This document shows positions 32,772 to 35,602 of a stretch of DNA of 35,602 nt, piece after piece; the first letter of the stretch is position 1; every line of letters starts with the position of its first letter. A program made the translations under genes and the position numbers. This stretch comes from Rhizaria sp. SCN 62-66. Taxonomy: Eukaryota. The DNA lies in NCBI GenBank assembly GCA_001724265.1, contig MEDY01000344.1, forward strand, positions 1-35,602. Direction: 5' to 3'. The notes beneath the pieces were generated by a model. It did not search any database and had not been told where the DNA came from. It saw nothing but the letters and a program-made list of their open reading frames with translations.

Positions 32772-34520
32772 TTACAGAATGCGACTCTTAACAGGCTCCT
32801 CGTCAAGCGAACCACCACGCTTAGGCTTCAAACCGCCAGCGCTCGTGTTACTACGTGGAATAAACCCACCCTCAGCCTCTGATCCACCCTTAAGCGACCT
32901 GTAAATGTCAACCCCCGACTTCACTGCATTGAAAACAGCAGGCGCTGCCTTAAGAATACCACGACCGAGCCCAGCAAAGAACGAGCCAACACCTGCGCCA
33001 AACCGCTTAGGAGTGAACTTGAGCACATCACCGAGGTCAGACAGGATCTTCTTAGTGCCATCACCGTCAGCAGACACACCACTGACAACGGTAACCAAAC
33101 CGCTAATAGGGTCAACAGTCAGATGCTCTTGGACAACGTTGCACACATAGGGTTCAAAGGTGGCACCAGCAGCAGCGCTAGTGTTAGTGATCGTAAACGA
33201 CACACTGAGAGTAGCATCAACACGACTACCAACGACCAGGTTCTCACCACCGAGACCGATGTCACCATGCTCAAACGATAGGATGCAGCTGCCACCAGCC
33301 ATGTAAGCAGCCAGATTCTGATTGCTACCATTCTTACAACTCAGCTGCCACAGAACCTCAGGCGACATGCTGGTAAAGGCATTCTGACCATTAAACGATA
33401 CAGTCACACTGCTGATTTGTGCATAGTTATCACCTGTAATCATCTGTGCACCATCAGTGGCACCAACACCTGCAACTCGAGGTGCGCAAATGATCAGCTT
33501 ACGAGGAATGACACCGATGTTGACACTATTGACATAGACCTGTGCCGAGGGGGCAGCACCACCACTAGCGGTAAGCGCAATAGCCTCTTGCTTGCGGATT
33601 ACATAGTTGTTCATAGGATACACCTGCACCTGCTTCATCGGTCCTGCACGAATGCTCTCATGCGGTGAGACAACGTTATAGTAGAGAGTAGGCGACTCGG
33701 AAAAGGCAACCTGCATGCCACCGTTGGTAATGGTGTGAGACGCTTCGACGCTGCGAAACTTAATCGTGTCACGCCACTTACCCTGATCAAACGTCAAGGA
33801 GACGTTGACCGCACCACAACCAATTAGACCAGGTGACTTGCCATCAATGCTGAACAGATCGATGGGAAGTGGAAACATAAAGGTGTTGGTGATAGTCGAT
33901 GTATATGCAGCACCGTTAGTTAAAAGTGTAGCAAGAGGAACCACAACATTAGCAGCCGTTCGAACCACCAGACTGCTATCAGCCGAACGACGAGCGCGAC
34001 TATAGCTATAAGCAGTGCCAAGCGCGCTACCAAACGGAGCAAGATCAGCGCTAGTGGTGCTAAGGTCTGCCGACAAGTCAGGCATCGGGTAACTCGATGA
34101 CAGGTTCTCATCACCAACGTCAAACAGGTGTTGACAGATGCGAGCAAGCTGAGACGATGACCGGTCAATAGTAACACCACCAATTGTGATTGCGCAGCGC
34201 GACATTGCACGCAACATAGCCAGACTGCTAAAACACCAGTTGTTCTGCGAGGCATGGGTATTGGCGGTGCCCACTGCTGTAAACGGAATCGTGTAGGTCA
34301 TGGGAATCTTAATCCAAATAGAGGACCCAAGCAGGTTCTCCTTCGAAACTGCGAACGAGAACTCACACCCACTAGTGTTCTGACCGTTCAGCGACTTGGC
34401 CACACGAAAGTCAGTGTTGACCGTGCCAGTAGAAACATCGATGACGCTCTTGCTATGCAGGCCACTAACATCGGGCCACGATGGGGCATAGATAATATTA
34501 GACTTAGTTGCTGTCTCCAT
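32772..34520 (-). CDS. MCP: Virophage major capsid protein (double jelly-roll), about 582 aa from ATG 34520
   Basis: Colinear similarity to the recalled Sputnik MCP: 'NSVNIGVIPRKL' (vs SNVVQLDSIPRKL), 'QISSVTVSFNGQ', 'LWQLSCKNG' (vs LYDFSVQNG), 'DIGL', 'LSVSFTITNT' (vs LQVQMTVTNT), and a Gly-rich basic tail; length typical of virophage MCPs. The upstream extension to 34664 crosses an AT-rich spacer and overlaps the neighbouring gene. Confidence 0.85.
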   Translation of the reverse strand: METATKSNIIYAPSWPDVSGLHSKSVIDVSTGTVNTDFRVAKSLNGQNTSGCEFSFAVSKENLLGSSIWIKIPMTYTIPFTAVGTANTHASQNNWCFSSLAMLRAMSRCAITIGGVTIDRSSSQLARICQHLFDVGDENLSSSYPMPDLSADLSTTSADLAPFGSALGTAYSYSRARRSADSSLVVRTAANVVVPLATLLTNGAAYTSTITNTFMFPLPIDLFSIDGKSPGLIGCGAVNVSLTFDQGKWRDTIKFRSVEASHTITNGGMQVAFSESPTLYYNVVSPHESIRAGPMKQVQVYPMNNYVIRKQEAIALTASGGAAPSAQVYVNSVNIGVIPRKLIICAPRVAGVGATDGAQMITGDNYAQISSVTVSFNGQNAFTSMSPEVLWQLSCKNGSNQNLAAYMAGGSCILSFEHGDIGLGGENLVVGSRVDATLSVSFTITNTSAAAGATFEPYVCNVVQEHLTVDPISGLVTVVSGVSADGDGTKKILSDLGDVLKFTPKRFGAGVGSFFAGLGRGILKAAPAVFNAVKSGVDIYRSLKGGSEAEGGFIPRSNTSAGGLKPKRGGSLDEEPVKSRIL

Positions 34521-34524
34521 TGCT

Positions 34525-34541
34525 AATAAGTTAGACTTATT
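34525..34541 (-). promoter_or_regulatory. Candidate late promoter of the MCP gene: TCTA in AT-rich context, lying in an inverted repeat
   Basis: Minus strand AATAAGT-CTA-ACTTATT; 11 nt separate TCTA (34532-34535) from the ATG, as in CroV/mavirus late promoters. Confidence 0.4.
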
Positions 34542-34574
34542 CATATATGCTATGAGAAAAAAGATGATATAGAA

Positions 34575-34591
34575 ATGTAAACGGTTTACAT
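34575..34591 (-). terminator. Palindrome immediately downstream of the PLA2-gene stop codon; candidate 3'-end or polyadenylation hairpin
   Basis: ATGTAAAC-G-GTTTACAT perfect inverted repeat, 2 nt past the TAA at 34594-34596. Confidence 0.4.
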
Positions 34592-34593
34592 GT

Positions 34594-35601
34594 TTACTTC
34601 TTAGGAGGACGCCCACGCTTCTTTGGCGCAACAACCGGGGTGCCAGTGACAGCAGCTGCTGCATAAGACATCGCGGGTGCTACTGTCACAGAAGGTGCAG
34701 GCCTTGAGAATGCCTTTAAAAAGTCAGTCTCATCATCATAGTCATCCAGCTTGCTATCACTGCCAAAACCAGACAGATGTTCAACTGATGTCTTTCGCTT
34801 ATCAATTTGATCGTTGACCTCCGCAATACGCCTGTTGAGCTCCTTAGTAATTGCTGACTTCTCCTCCTTCCCTAGTTTAGAATAAGGTGCATCTTTGTCG
34901 CGTTTCAGCTTCGTATACTCCTTACGAAAATTTTCAAGCTTATCACGCCGTTCAATGAATCGCTTATTTGTTTCATTAATATCATCGACCACCTCTTTGC
35001 GAAACACGGTTAACACATCTGACTTACTACGAGCTAGCATACTGGCGGCAAACGAGGGATCGCTCTTCAACCTATCCATCACCACTTTAAAACCAGGGTG
35101 TGATCCAATTTCAGCACTCAGATTCGACTTGATATAGTTTTCAAGGTCAGTAAGACCAGTAAACGTTACACGAGGCAAACTGGCAAGGTCAACCTTGTGA
35201 ACAGGATGATTAGCAACACGGCGGCTGCCAACACTCGGTAGCCCTGGCATTACCATCTGAACAGCACCACCGCTAGTGGGGTCATGTAGAGCACGACCAA
35301 CAAGGTTCTTCTCAACCCATGCCTTGCCACTGATAGCCATCTTAATGATGCGACCAGCAAACCCACGCTCAGATGCTGGCAGCTGATTGATGCGCTCGAT
35401 CATCTCCTCGTCAGCCTTGTGGTATGCCTGCATCCGCTCAGCAGGGTCGGTGATGGTTGTTGCAATGCGCTCATATTCAAGGTCATGCAGTCGGCTGATG
35501 TTATCCAGCGCTGAGGTCGGCGGGGTTCCATCGTGCAGCACCTTTGGGTCAGTGCCAGGACCAGTGAAGTTGTGCGACGGCCAGTGAGGACCTTCCTCAG
35601 G
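34594..35601 (-). CDS. Viral PLA2-like (parvovirus VP1u/adintovirus PLA2X-type) protein with coiled-coil and C-terminal AT-hook; 5'-partial
   Basis: Frame is open to the window edge: 'PEEGPHWPSHNFTGPGTDPKVLHDGTPPTSALDNISRLHDLEY...YHKADEEM' gives a GPG Ca-loop, HDxxY and downstream AD; ends 'PKKRGRPPKK' TAA. Confidence 0.8.
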   Translation of the reverse strand, partial: PEEGPHWPSHNFTGPGTDPKVLHDGTPPTSALDNISRLHDLEYERIATTITDPAERMQAYHKADEEMIERINQLPASERGFAGRIIKMAISGKAWVEKNLVGRALHDPTSGGAVQMVMPGLPSVGSRRVANHPVHKVDLASLPRVTFTGLTDLENYIKSNLSAEIGSHPGFKVVMDRLKSDPSFAASMLARSKSDVLTVFRKEVVDDINETNKRFIERRDKLENFRKEYTKLKRDKDAPYSKLGKEEKSAITKELNRRIAEVNDQIDKRKTSVEHLSGFGSDSKLDDYDDETDFLKAFSRPAPSVTVAPAMSYAAAAVTGTPVVAPKKRGRPPKK

Positions 35602-35602
35602 A

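Larger units (their letters stand above)
32147..35602. mobile_element. Endogenous virophage (Lavidaviridae/Maveriviricetes-like) element, left end; continues beyond the window
   Basis: AGTAGT terminus-like motif, repeat array, intronless closely packed minus-strand ORFs of clearly lower GC and different codon usage from host genes, and a virophage-type major capsid protein. Confidence 0.82.

Noticed and set aside
32558-32818. 86-aa minus-strand ORF after MCP
   Set aside because: GTG start inside MCP, no recognisable features; probably spurious.
34521-34664. N-terminal 48-codon extension of MCP given in the ORF track
   Set aside because: It overlaps the PLA2 gene end and crosses an AT-rich spacer with promoter- and hairpin-like motifs; ATG 34520 gives a typical MCP length.

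Overview
GC-rich unicellular-eukaryote (protist) nuclear DNA with AT-rich intergenic spacers and short GTACG..YAG introns. Positions 1-31.9 kb hold nine host genes: an anoctamin/TMEM16, an RP2(TBCC)-ELMO dual-GAP fusion, PrimPol, a membrane-anchored or secreted 2OG-Fe(II) oxygenase-like protein, a DHHC palmitoyltransferase (3 exons), a Q/P-rich orphan, a small orphan, a membrane thioredoxin and a divergent APC7 (3 exons). Two things stand out. (1) TAG appears to be a sense codon. Four in-frame TAGs (5716, 6511, 8519, 25528) interrupt otherwise intact genes, one at the conserved Glu of the RP2/TBCC 'PIIE' motif, while all nine host genes end in TAA or TGA. This suggests a nuclear code with UAG=Glu (or Gln) and UAA/UGA=stop. 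(2) An endogenous virophage-like element runs from about 32147 to the window end. It has a Polinton-type AGTAGT terminus, an array of palindromic repeats, a Sputnik-like major capsid protein gene and a parvovirus/adintovirus-type PLA2 gene ending in an AT-hook. All homology calls come from motif recognition and recalled sequences, not database searches.
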